Positions 27,113 to 35,365 of a stretch of 64,000 nucleotides of DNA are shown here, in pieces. Every line of letters begins with the position of its first letter. Within the stretch, counting starts at the first letter, position 1. Below the pieces are notes generated by a model. The model ran no database searches and was not told the origin of the DNA. It saw nothing but the letters and a program-made list of their open reading frames with translations. Source of the stretch: an uncultured Acidobacteriota bacterium (GTDB lineage: Bacteria > Acidobacteriota > Thermoanaerobaculia > Multivoradales > JAHEKO01); contig CAVQNG010000003.1 of assembly GCA_963713825.1 (NCBI GenBank), forward strand, positions 1,376,001 to 1,440,000, given 5' to 3'. The translations under genes and the position numbers were made by a program.

Positions 27113-28861
27113 TCAGAGCTCGGCGCCACTCTGTTCGAGCCAACGATCAAGAAACAGCAGCATCCAGGTCTGCTCGTTGGTGAAGCGGAATCTGCGCGGG
27201 CGCTGGATGATCTGGCGAGCCGCCAGGCGATCGAGCGCCGATGTCAGAAGATCGGGTTGGTGCCGCACCCAATCGGAGATGGGCAGGTTGAAGCCCCGCT
27301 TGGGTCGATCGAAGATGCCGGGAGGAATCCGATCCTCCATGAGTCGTCTCACGACGAGCTTGCCGCGGTTTCCTTCGACATCGCGGAGCAGCTTGGTATC
27401 CAGCGAAAGAGCGAACTCGACGAGCCGGTGGTCGAGGAGAGGGGGCCGAACCTCGAGGGAATGGGCCATGCTGGCGAGATCCACCTTGGTGAGTAGATCG
27501 CCGGGCAGGTAGGTATGGAGATCCGCCCATTGCATCCTCTTCAGGGGTTCCAGATCCTCCCTCCAGAATTGACGGTAGTGCCACAGGTCGTCGTAGTCGG
27601 CGATCTCGAGTGCGGGCCCGAGAAGAGCGTGGCGCTGCTGAGCGGTGAAGGGGCCCGCGAAGGCTGCGTAGCGGTCCAGGCCGCTGGCGGCGCGTCGCTG
27701 TGCGGACCGAGCTCCCCGTGACAACGGCGGCAAGAGGGTCGCAATCGCCCGGTTGACAACCGTCGAGCGGTCGGTGAACCACTTGCTGTACCACTGGTAC
27801 CCGCAGAAGAGCTCATCTCCGCCTTCGCCGCTGAGAGCCACGATGGCGTGCCGACGAGCCAGGCGCGAGACCAGATAGGAAGCCCAGGCGCCGGAGTCTC
27901 CGAAGGGCTCGTCGTAGACGCCAGGCATGATTTCCAGTGCCTCATCCAGATCGACGGAGGAGGCTACTTCCTCGTGATGCTGCGTTCCGAAGTGATTGGC
28001 GATGAGACGTGCGACGGGGGCCTCGTCCCGACGCTTGATATCCATTGCAAGTGTGACGGTCCTGGGCCTGTTCAGCTGGGCGACGACGGTGGTGGAGTCG
28101 ATGCCTCCGCTCAAGAACACCGCGACCGGAACATCCGAAATTGTGTGCTCGGGGACGATCTCGCTGAGTAGCTCGTCGAGGCGCGGAACGGCTTCGTCGA
28201 AGTCCGTGATGGCGATGTCGGTCGAGGGGCTCCAATACCTCTCGATTCGTAGAGCACCATCCCAGGTCAGTGTGTGACCGGGTGGCAATCTGCGAATGCC
28301 TGCGTAGATCGTCTTGGGCTGCGGGATGTATTTGTAAGTCAGGTAATCGCGCAAGGCGGTCTGGTCGATAGGCGGCTGACCCAGTTCGAGCAGTGCCTTG
28401 ATTTCGGACGCGAAAGCCAAGCCGCCAGGAATCTCTCTGTAGAAGAAGGGTTTGATGCCGAGTCGATCGCGGGCGGCGAACAGGCGCTGCCGCTGGGCAT
28501 CCCAGACTGCGAAGGAGTACATGCCGCGCAGCGGCTCGACGCAACGCCATCCATCCCGGGCGTACAGATGCAGCAGGACCTCGGTGTCTCCGTCGGAGCG
28601 GAACGGACCCTCCAGCTGGCGCCGCAATTCCCCGAAGTTGTAGATCTCGCCGTTGTAGGTGATCGTGAAGTCACCGTAGGTCATCGGCTGGTTCCCAGCC
28701 GTCGAGAGGTCGAGAATCGCCAGCCGTGTGTGGCCCAGGTGCACGCCGGGCGCCCTCCAGACCTCCTGGTGGTCTGGGCCCCTGTGTGTCAGACGCCGGG
28801 TCATCCGCTCGATGACCTCGGGGTCGGGAGTGCTGCCGACGATGCCTACGATGCCGCACAT
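27113..28861 (-). CDS. asnB: Asparagine synthase (glutamine-hydrolysing) family amidotransferase
   Basis: MCGIVG Ntn start at 28861; HRGPD, NGEIYN, RDRLGIKP, LSGGIDS, SGEGGDE, SMAHSLEVR. Confidence 0.92.
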   Translation of the reverse strand: MCGIVGIVGSTPDPEVIERMTRRLTHRGPDHQEVWRAPGVHLGHTRLAILDLSTAGNQPMTYGDFTITYNGEIYNFGELRRQLEGPFRSDGDTEVLLHLYARDGWRCVEPLRGMYSFAVWDAQRQRLFAARDRLGIKPFFYREIPGGLAFASEIKALLELGQPPIDQTALRDYLTYKYIPQPKTIYAGIRRLPPGHTLTWDGALRIERYWSPSTDIAITDFDEAVPRLDELLSEIVPEHTISDVPVAVFLSGGIDSTTVVAQLNRPRTVTLAMDIKRRDEAPVARLIANHFGTQHHEEVASSVDLDEALEIMPGVYDEPFGDSGAWASYLVSRLARRHAIVALSGEGGDELFCGYQWYSKWFTDRSTVVNRAIATLLPPLSRGARSAQRRAASGLDRYAAFAGPFTAQQRHALLGPALEIADYDDLWHYRQFWREDLEPLKRMQWADLHTYLPGDLLTKVDLASMAHSLEVRPPLLDHRLVEFALSLDTKLLRDVEGNRGKLVVRRLMEDRIPPGIFDRPKRGFNLPISDWVRHQPDLLTSALDRLAARQIIQRPRRFRFTNEQTWMLLFLDRWLEQSGAEL

Positions 28862-28944
28862 ATCCGGGTCAGAGATGGTCAGAAATGAAAAATCCCTGTC
28901 GGGTTCATTAAACTGCAAAGTCGAAGCGAAGCCAAGGTCCCGAG

Positions 28945-29712
28945 ATGACCTCCTCCCCAGCAGCGAACGACAGAACCCCGTTCTTCTCGGTAGTTATTCC
29001 TTTCTATAACGAAGAGACGGCCATTCCTGATCTATTGACGGAGGTACTCGAGGTCATGGACGGAATCGGGCGTTCGTATGAATGTCTCTGCGTCGATGAT
29101 GGCAGCAGCGATGGTACCCCAGACAGGATCCGGTCCTTTGAGGACAGTCCGTCGTCGTCGGTTCGGATGATCCAGTTTGCCGAGAATCGGGGGCAGGGTG
29201 CTGCCCTCTACCGCGGGTTGCAGGAGGCAGCTGGCGAAGTTGTCATCACTCTCGACGGTGACGGCCAGAACTACCCGGCTGACATACCGCGGCTGTTCGA
29301 GCTCCTCGAATCGAGCGATCTGGTGTGTGGCATCCGAGCCGAACGCAAGGACTCCTGGCTGCGTCGCTCTATGTCGCGGTTGGCCAATGGGGTGCGCGGC
29401 TGGCTGTTACGGGACGGAGTCAGTGATGCCGGTTGTGCTTTGAAGGTCATGCGTCGCGAGGTCGTCTTCTCCCTGATCCCCTTGAAGACGCTCTATTCCT
29501 TCATCCCAGCGATGGCGGCGGCAGCAGGATTCCGCATCGTCGAGGCGCCGGTTCAACACCGGTCGCGCCACGGCGGGAAGACGAGCTACGGCCTATTGGT
29601 GTTTCTCTGGCGGCCGCTGGTGGACCTGATGGGTCTCGCCTGGTATAGGCGGCGCTGCACCCTGACACCGGACGACTGCCGAAGCGCTGCCGCGAGGGAT
29701 GGCGCGCGGTGA
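28945..29712 (+). CDS. GT2 polyprenol-phosphate glycosyltransferase (ArnC/DPM1-like)
   Basis: SVVIPFYNE, VDDGSSD, NRGQ, LDGDGQN, DAGCALK; GTGA overlap with the next gene. Confidence 0.88.
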   Translation: MTSSPAANDRTPFFSVVIPFYNEETAIPDLLTEVLEVMDGIGRSYECLCVDDGSSDGTPDRIRSFEDSPSSSVRMIQFAENRGQGAALYRGLQEAAGEVVITLDGDGQNYPADIPRLFELLESSDLVCGIRAERKDSWLRRSMSRLANGVRGWLLRDGVSDAGCALKVMRREVVFSLIPLKTLYSFIPAMAAAAGFRIVEAPVQHRSRHGGKTSYGLLVFLWRPLVDLMGLAWYRRRCTLTPDDCRSAAARDGAR

Positions 29713-31358
29713 GCCGCCGTGTTCTCGCGCTGGCCCTGATCGTCGCCGCGCTGTATCTGCTCTTCCTGGGCCGGCATGGACTGCACGAGTCGGACGAGGG
29801 GCGCTACGCAGAGATAGCACGGGAGATGAAGGACTCCGGGGATCTGCTGATTCCCACCCTCAACGGCGTGCCGCATTTCCAGAAGCCGCCGGTGATCTAC
29901 TGGAGCACGGCTGCCAGCCTTGCTGTCCTCGGCGAAAACGAGTTGGCGGCACGCATGGTCTCTCTGCTGGCCGCCCTGGGTGTGTTGGTCCTGACCTACT
30001 GGATTGGAAGGTGGTGGTTCGACCGCACGACCGGGATCGCATCTGTCTGGATCCTGGCCGGCTCCTGGCAGTTCTTCATGCTGGGTCGGTCGCTGACCCC
30101 AGACATGATGATGACCTTCTGGTCGACGGCCGCCATTGCCGGGTTCGTCTGGGCCAGCCGATCGAAGGTCGCAACCAGGGCGCGCTTCCTACCTTACTTC
30201 GTCTGCATGGGGATCGCTTTTGCAACGAAAGGCCCGATGGGGGTGTTGGTGCCCTTATTCACGGGCATCGGATGGCAGTGGGGGAGCCGCAGGAGCGATC
30301 GCACCAGGCCGGATGTCCCTTGGCTTCCGGGGCTGATGTTGACTCTGGTTCTAGCTCTCGGTTGGTTTTTCGCCGCGAGCCTTCGTCACCCGGAACTGGG
30401 GCGGTATTTCTTTGAATTCGAGTTTCTGAATCGATTCCTCTCGAAAACCCATGGCCGTAGTCAACCGATCTGGTACTTCATTCCGGTGCTGTTGATAGGT
30501 TGGCTGCCTTGGACTCCCCTGTTGCCCCTCGCCATCTCTGGTCATCGGGAGAGACACCGATCAGGAGGCAGCCACCGAGCCCTCCACTGGGCTCTTGTTG
30601 GTTGGCTGGTCGTTCCTTTTGCGCTGCTCTCGCTGAGTGGCTCGAAGCTGATGACCTACGTCCTGCCTTTGTTTCCTGGCATTGCACTCTGGCTGGCGAA
30701 TGGTCTGCTGCACCGGGAAAGGGGTCGCACTCTATCGATCTCCGTTGGGGTTCAGGTACTTGTGCTGGTAGCCCTTTCCCTGTCGATTGGAGTGGTGGTG
30801 GTTCAGAACACTCTTCTTCCAGTCACGGTTGAGCTCGATGCCTGGTTCTTGCCGCTGCTGGGTCTGGCTGTCGCTTGTTTGGTCGTCGCTGGCTGGGCTT
30901 TGAGTCGGGGGGTCACCGAATCCCGACTCGCTGGGATGGCGCTGCCTGCTCTTTTGGCCTGGTCTGCTCTGGCCTCACAGCTCGTAAATCTGGGACCTGT
31001 CATGCGCATGCAGGCTTCGATGCGCCCGATTGCTGAGCGCCTGCGAGAGGAGCCTGATTGGGAGACGGCCCAGATCATCGTTGCCCACACTCGGGCCCAT
31101 GGATTGAAGTTCTATCTGGGTCGATTGACGGATGCCACTCTGGACAAATCGGACGTGGTCTTGGAGCCTACCCCCGAGATAGCGGCACGTCTTCATCCGT
31201 CGATCGAAGAGCTCCATATCCGGAACCAAGGCGGGACTTCGACCTTCCTGATAACTCGGGAGAGGGAATTGGAACGGCTGGATGCAGAGGAGTGGACCGT
31301 TCTCTTGCAGGAAGGCGCCTTCGTTTTACTCAGGCGAGAGGCGCATGGCTCACGGTAG
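29709..31358 (+). CDS. ArnT family lipid glycosyltransferase
   Basis: DEGRYAEIAREM, PTLNGVPHFQKPP, TKGP, SKLMTYVLP; multi-TM. Confidence 0.88.
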   Translation: MSRRVLALALIVAALYLLFLGRHGLHESDEGRYAEIAREMKDSGDLLIPTLNGVPHFQKPPVIYWSTAASLAVLGENELAARMVSLLAALGVLVLTYWIGRWWFDRTTGIASVWILAGSWQFFMLGRSLTPDMMMTFWSTAAIAGFVWASRSKVATRARFLPYFVCMGIAFATKGPMGVLVPLFTGIGWQWGSRRSDRTRPDVPWLPGLMLTLVLALGWFFAASLRHPELGRYFFEFEFLNRFLSKTHGRSQPIWYFIPVLLIGWLPWTPLLPLAISGHRERHRSGGSHRALHWALVGWLVVPFALLSLSGSKLMTYVLPLFPGIALWLANGLLHRERGRTLSISVGVQVLVLVALSLSIGVVVVQNTLLPVTVELDAWFLPLLGLAVACLVVAGWALSRGVTESRLAGMALPALLAWSALASQLVNLGPVMRMQASMRPIAERLREEPDWETAQIIVAHTRAHGLKFYLGRLTDATLDKSDVVLEPTPEIAARLHPSIEELHIRNQGGTSTFLITRERELERLDAEEWTVLLQEGAFVLLRREAHGSR

Positions 31359-31408
31359 GCGTGCCAGTGAGCGTTTTCGGCTGGCTCTGGCCTGCGGGCT
31401 GAGGAGGT

Positions 31409-31747
31409 TCAGCAGACGCCGCGAGCGGTAGATGCTCCGAGGGCCAGCTCGTTGTTGTCCGAGTCGGTCTCGACCAGGGTCCAGAGCTGAGGCTCCAGGC
31501 GCTTGAAGCGCAGGACACCGCGGGCTTTGAGGAGGGTGATTCCACCCCGATCGCAGGCCGCGACGAAGTAGATGCCGGAAGTGCGAGGCGTGTCGCGGAC
31601 CGGAAAGGCATCCTCGCCGAGTCGATGCGTCTCGCCACAGGCGCACCTGAACGGGGCATGAGCGTACTCCTCGTACTCATAAGCCGTTCCCGGCTCGTAT
31701 CCTCTCGCGGTCTGGCTGCCGAACTCCCTCGGTGGAACCGATCTCAT
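31409..31747 (-). CDS. Hypothetical protein (112 aa) with CxCxxxH motif
   Basis: Strong RBS (GGGGAGG) before ATG 31747; FRCACGETHRL. Confidence 0.55.
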   Translation of the reverse strand: MRSVPPREFGSQTARGYEPGTAYEYEEYAHAPFRCACGETHRLGEDAFPVRDTPRTSGIYFVAACDRGGITLLKARGVLRFKRLEPQLWTLVETDSDNNELALGASTARGVC

Positions 31748-31940
31748 CTCGTGCCTCCCCTGCCGCTCTGTTGAAAGTCTCGCAAGTCTCAACAGACGTT
31801 ACGGGGAAGGGCCAGTGCGCGCAGTGGTCCTGCGCGCCAACATGCTTGCAAGGGGTGCCAGCAGGATCTGTGCCGGAAGTCACAGCTAGCCCAGAAACTT
31901 GGGGTCAGTGGGCGGTTCGAGATGGTCGTGCGATTCGGAT

Positions 31941-33155
31941 TCAATCCGGCTCGAATCCGGGTGGCGCTGGGCTCCACTCGTAGCCGGCCTTGCCCATCTC
32001 ATAAGCCAGATCGTAGAGCTTCTTCATGTAGACCGGGTCGAAGACCTCGGAGGGGACCTCCTCGAAATCCCTGGGTATGTAAGCCAGGTTGAACTCCAAC
32101 CCGTCCCTCTCTGCCAGGGCATAGATCCGGTACAGATCACCGATGCCCTGCGTCCGGATCAATGACGAAATGCTCCGCTCGGCGATTGGGAGGAGCTTCC
32201 GATTGACCACGACCGCCTCTGCGTCGAGCCGGGAGTTTCGGATGATGTAGGCTTTGGGGGTTCCCGGCACTTCGAATTTCTCGAGCACTTGGGCCCATTG
32301 GATTCCGGCTGGATAGAGGAAGACCTGTGAAGCGGTGCCTCCATCGACGTGGAGCTCCTGGTAGCGGCGGCCCTGTGCCTCGACGTCGATGGCCACGGGG
32401 GGAAAGGCTGCAGGAATCGAGGCGGACGCCAGCAAGATCTGTCGGATCAGATCGAGGGCAAACGGCTCGCCGCTTGCCGCAATCCGGCCGATGTTCCAGA
32501 TCACCGGCCGGCCGGCGTCGATGTTAGTCGTTCCGATGAACACCTGCCGGCCCTGGAGACACTTGTCAGCCAGTTTCTGCATGACGTCTTCGGTGACGTA
32601 TTTCGCGATGAGATCCTCCAGTCCCTTGGTGCCATACATCGCGTCACTGGTCAGGGAATTGACTACTTTGCGCTTGTGGATCAAGTCCTTGGTGCTGTAG
32701 GTGGTATAGAACTCTTCGAGAAGAGGGTCATATTCCGGACCGAGCATCGCGAACGGCGCGACCAGAGCACCGGTACTGATCCCCGTTACGATGGTGAACT
32801 CGGGACGTGTTCCCGCCGCTGTCCAACCTTTGAGAAGACCAGCTGCAAAGGCGCCGTTGGCGCCCCCTCCGGAAATCGCCAGGTAGCTGTGGTCTCTTCC
32901 AAAAACGTCGGGGAACTCGACCTTCACCTCCTCAGGGCTTTTTTCTTGCCAGGTATCGGCCCAGGGAGGAGTCGCGTCGCCCCAGAAGCGAGCTTTTTGA
33001 ATTCCAGGCACTGTGGCGGAATCGTAGATTGCATCGGGCACCGGTTCGCGTTTGGGTACCGAGACGCAACCCTGGAGAAAGGTGGCCAGCAGAACAGCGG
33101 CCAGTAGAGGTGTCCACGAATGGCGGCTCGCGATGAGTTTCTTGGGCTGGATCAC
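31941..33155 (-). CDS. Patatin-like phospholipase (probable lipoprotein)
   Basis: SGGGANG, GISTG, ASASIP, HVDGG; lipobox LQGC. Confidence 0.92.
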   Translation of the reverse strand: MIQPKKLIASRHSWTPLLAAVLLATFLQGCVSVPKREPVPDAIYDSATVPGIQKARFWGDATPPWADTWQEKSPEEVKVEFPDVFGRDHSYLAISGGGANGAFAAGLLKGWTAAGTRPEFTIVTGISTGALVAPFAMLGPEYDPLLEEFYTTYSTKDLIHKRKVVNSLTSDAMYGTKGLEDLIAKYVTEDVMQKLADKCLQGRQVFIGTTNIDAGRPVIWNIGRIAASGEPFALDLIRQILLASASIPAAFPPVAIDVEAQGRRYQELHVDGGTASQVFLYPAGIQWAQVLEKFEVPGTPKAYIIRNSRLDAEAVVVNRKLLPIAERSISSLIRTQGIGDLYRIYALAERDGLEFNLAYIPRDFEEVPSEVFDPVYMKKLYDLAYEMGKAGYEWSPAPPGFEPD

Positions 33156-33451
33156 TTGGGCCCTCCTTCAGCAGGTCTTGAAATCCCTGGACATTCTATC
33201 CGGTTGGATTCTCGATGCGCCTCCATGGGAGAGACTCCTGCCGGACCAGCCTCAGCTTCGTTGCACTGCATGTGTGTGGCGATAGGCGCGTGGTGAAACG
33301 CCCGACATGCGGACGAAGGCTCGCGAGAAATTGGATTGGTGCTTGTACCCGAGTCCCCGCGCGATCTTCTGGTTCGGCAGGTCCGACTCGGCGAGGAGCT
33401 GGCGGGCCCAGCGATATCTGCGTTTCTCGACGACGCGCTATGTCGTTGTCA

Positions 33452-33493
33452 TTGCTCCAGAATAACCAAACATGTACAATAATCCTGTACAGG
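33452..33493 (+). promoter_or_regulatory. yefM-yoeB sigma70 promoter with overlapping operator palindromes
   Basis: TTGCTC-N17-TACAAT; TGTACA at 33473-33478 and CCTGTACAGG at 33484-33493. TGTACA is the established YefM operator core. Confidence 0.8.
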
Positions 33494-33500
33494 TTAATCG

Positions 33501-33794
33501 ATGTCAAGCCGAACCACCTACACCCAGGCCCGCGCGCACCTCGCCAGTCTTTGTGACGAGGTGGCCGAGAGTCGAGAGCCCTATGTGATCGAGCGCCGAG
33601 GCCACGAGAACGTTGCACTCATCGCCGAGGCGGAGCTCGAGTCACTTCTCGAAACTGCCCACCTGCTGCGCTCGCCGCGAAACGCCAGTCGATTGGCCGC
33701 TGCCCTCGAGAAGGCTCTCAGCGGACAGATTCCACCGGCCTCTCTCGACGAGCTGAAGCGCGACCTCGGTCTTGCGGACGACGAGCCGGCGTGA
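33501..33794 (+). CDS. yefM: Phd/YefM family antitoxin
   Basis: TYTQARAHLASLCDEV, SLLETAHLLRSPRNASRL. Confidence 0.93.
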   Translation: MSSRTTYTQARAHLASLCDEVAESREPYVIERRGHENVALIAEAELESLLETAHLLRSPRNASRLAAALEKALSGQIPPASLDELKRDLGLADDEPA

Positions 33795-34075
33795 CGAAGA
33801 GGACGCCTGAGTCCTCGGATCGGGTTGCTGTCTTTCATAGCGAGTTCCGACAGGATTTGCGTTACTGGGTGCGGGCTGATCGGAAGATCGCCGTGCGGGT
33901 GCTGGATCTCGTAGAGGCCATCATGCGCGACCCGGTCCGAGGTACGGGCAAACCCGAGCCCCTGAAGTTCTACCTCCGTGGTTGTTGGTCACGGAGAATC
34001 ACCCAGGAACATCGACTCGTCTACCTCGTCAGGGAGTCGAGGGTCGATTTCCTCCAGGCGCGATACCACTACTGA
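33791..34075 (+). CDS. yoeB: Txe/YoeB family toxin (ribosome-dependent mRNase)
   Basis: GTGKPEPLK, WSRRITQEHRLVY, QARYHY; GTGA overlap with yefM. Confidence 0.95.
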   Translation: MTKRTPESSDRVAVFHSEFRQDLRYWVRADRKIAVRVLDLVEAIMRDPVRGTGKPEPLKFYLRGCWSRRITQEHRLVYLVRESRVDFLQARYHY

Positions 34076-34146
34076 CAGGCGACGCTGTTCGCTGTGACGT
34101 CGTGTTTTGTAGGAACCACTATCGAAAGTGGGCACGGACGAACAGC

Positions 34147-35184
34147 CTAGTCAGAGGCTCGAGCATGAAGGGTCTCCCGAAATCGGCCGGGCGTCGTACC
34201 GGTCCACCGCCGGAAGGCACGGGTGAAGATCGCCGGATCGCGGTAGCCGAGCTCGTTGCTGACCTCCGCGGCCTGCCGACCGGGATCCCTCAAGAGGAAG
34301 ATCGCCAGATCGTGGCGAAGGTCATCGAGCAGCTGGGAGTAGGTGATGCCCTGGGCCCCGAGGCGGCGCTGGAGCGTCCTGACGGAGGTGCCGGCCAGCC
34401 GTGCCGCCTGTTGGAGGGTTGGCGAACCGTCGGGCAGATAGGCGGGAAGAATAACGCGAAGAGAGGCGGCGAGATCCTGTCCCCCGGCTGTATCCCTCAA
34501 CGAGCTACGGTGGCGCCTCCAGATGGCAGAGCCCTTTTTCGGCAGGTCCTCCATCGGTCCCAGGAACGGCTGAGCAGGAAAGACGATCGAGGTCACGCCC
34601 TGGGCGCACCGAATATCGGCATCGCCGACGAGGGCTCGCAGGGTCGTGAGCGGTATCGAACCAGCGCGCACGTTGACCCGCGCCGGGTTCCACTGCGGAC
34701 TCGCGCCGTACCGGGTCCATCGGACCATCAATGCCACCATGAACTGCTCGACGGCTGCGAAGGCCGGGTGGTCGGGGCCGAAGGTGCCGAGATAGAAGAA
34801 CTCCGTCATCGGATTGGAGCCAGGATTCGTCTCGATCCACATGTCGACATTCGAGCTGCTTTCGAGAGCAACATCGATGAAGTTCGTGATGGACCGGAAG
34901 ACGCCGGGTCGGGTCCAGGACCGCTCTGCGTCTGGCAGAAGCGAGTCGAGGTCGATTCGGGCACCGGCTCGGAGACCGAGATCGGGCAACGCAGCTTCTC
35001 CGGCCGCGAGTTCCACGAAGCGGTAGATCTTCGCGGTCGGTACCAGGGTCGATGGGTCGTCCAGGCTGAGCGAAGGAAGCTCCGCCTGTTCGATGACTTC
35101 ATCGTAGGGAACACCCACCTCCTCGAGGATCTCGAGAAAGGGATGGATCCAACCGATGTTGACTCGTGGGATCGACGGCATCAC
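34147..35184 (-). CDS. AraC family transcriptional regulator (OruR-like N-terminal domain)
   Basis: GTSVRTLQRRL, LLDDLR, ELGYRDPAIFTRAFRRWTGTTPGRFR. Confidence 0.92.
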   Translation of the reverse strand: MMPSIPRVNIGWIHPFLEILEEVGVPYDEVIEQAELPSLSLDDPSTLVPTAKIYRFVELAAGEAALPDLGLRAGARIDLDSLLPDAERSWTRPGVFRSITNFIDVALESSSNVDMWIETNPGSNPMTEFFYLGTFGPDHPAFAAVEQFMVALMVRWTRYGASPQWNPARVNVRAGSIPLTTLRALVGDADIRCAQGVTSIVFPAQPFLGPMEDLPKKGSAIWRRHRSSLRDTAGGQDLAASLRVILPAYLPDGSPTLQQAARLAGTSVRTLQRRLGAQGITYSQLLDDLRHDLAIFLLRDPGRQAAEVSNELGYRDPAIFTRAFRRWTGTTPGRFRETLHARASD

Positions 35185-35221
35185 AGGCCCAGTTAGTTCG
35201 ATACGGGCATGATTTCACCCG

Positions 35222-35260
35222 ATTGTGGCACGAAAAGTCAATTGTGGCACGAAAAGTCAA
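35222..35260. promoter_or_regulatory. Perfect 19-bp direct repeat (attgtggcacgaaaagtca x2), candidate AraC binding site
   Basis: Read directly; lies between the divergent araC and VPS10 genes. Tandem direct repeats are typical of AraC-family sites. Confidence 0.65.
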
Positions 35261-35365
35261 ACAAGGCAATTCGCAACCGTCATAGGTTCCGGGAGCTTTG
35301 TCTCGTCAGTGAGATTGAAGTTGGTGCGTACCTGCAATCCGGATGATTTGAAGGAGGTGGTAGCC

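Noticed and set aside
35222-35260. 19-bp repeat as a CRISPR array or sigma54 promoter (TGGCAC)
   Set aside because: Only two abutting copies with no spacer and no cas genes; no GC at the -12 position (GG-N10-CA).
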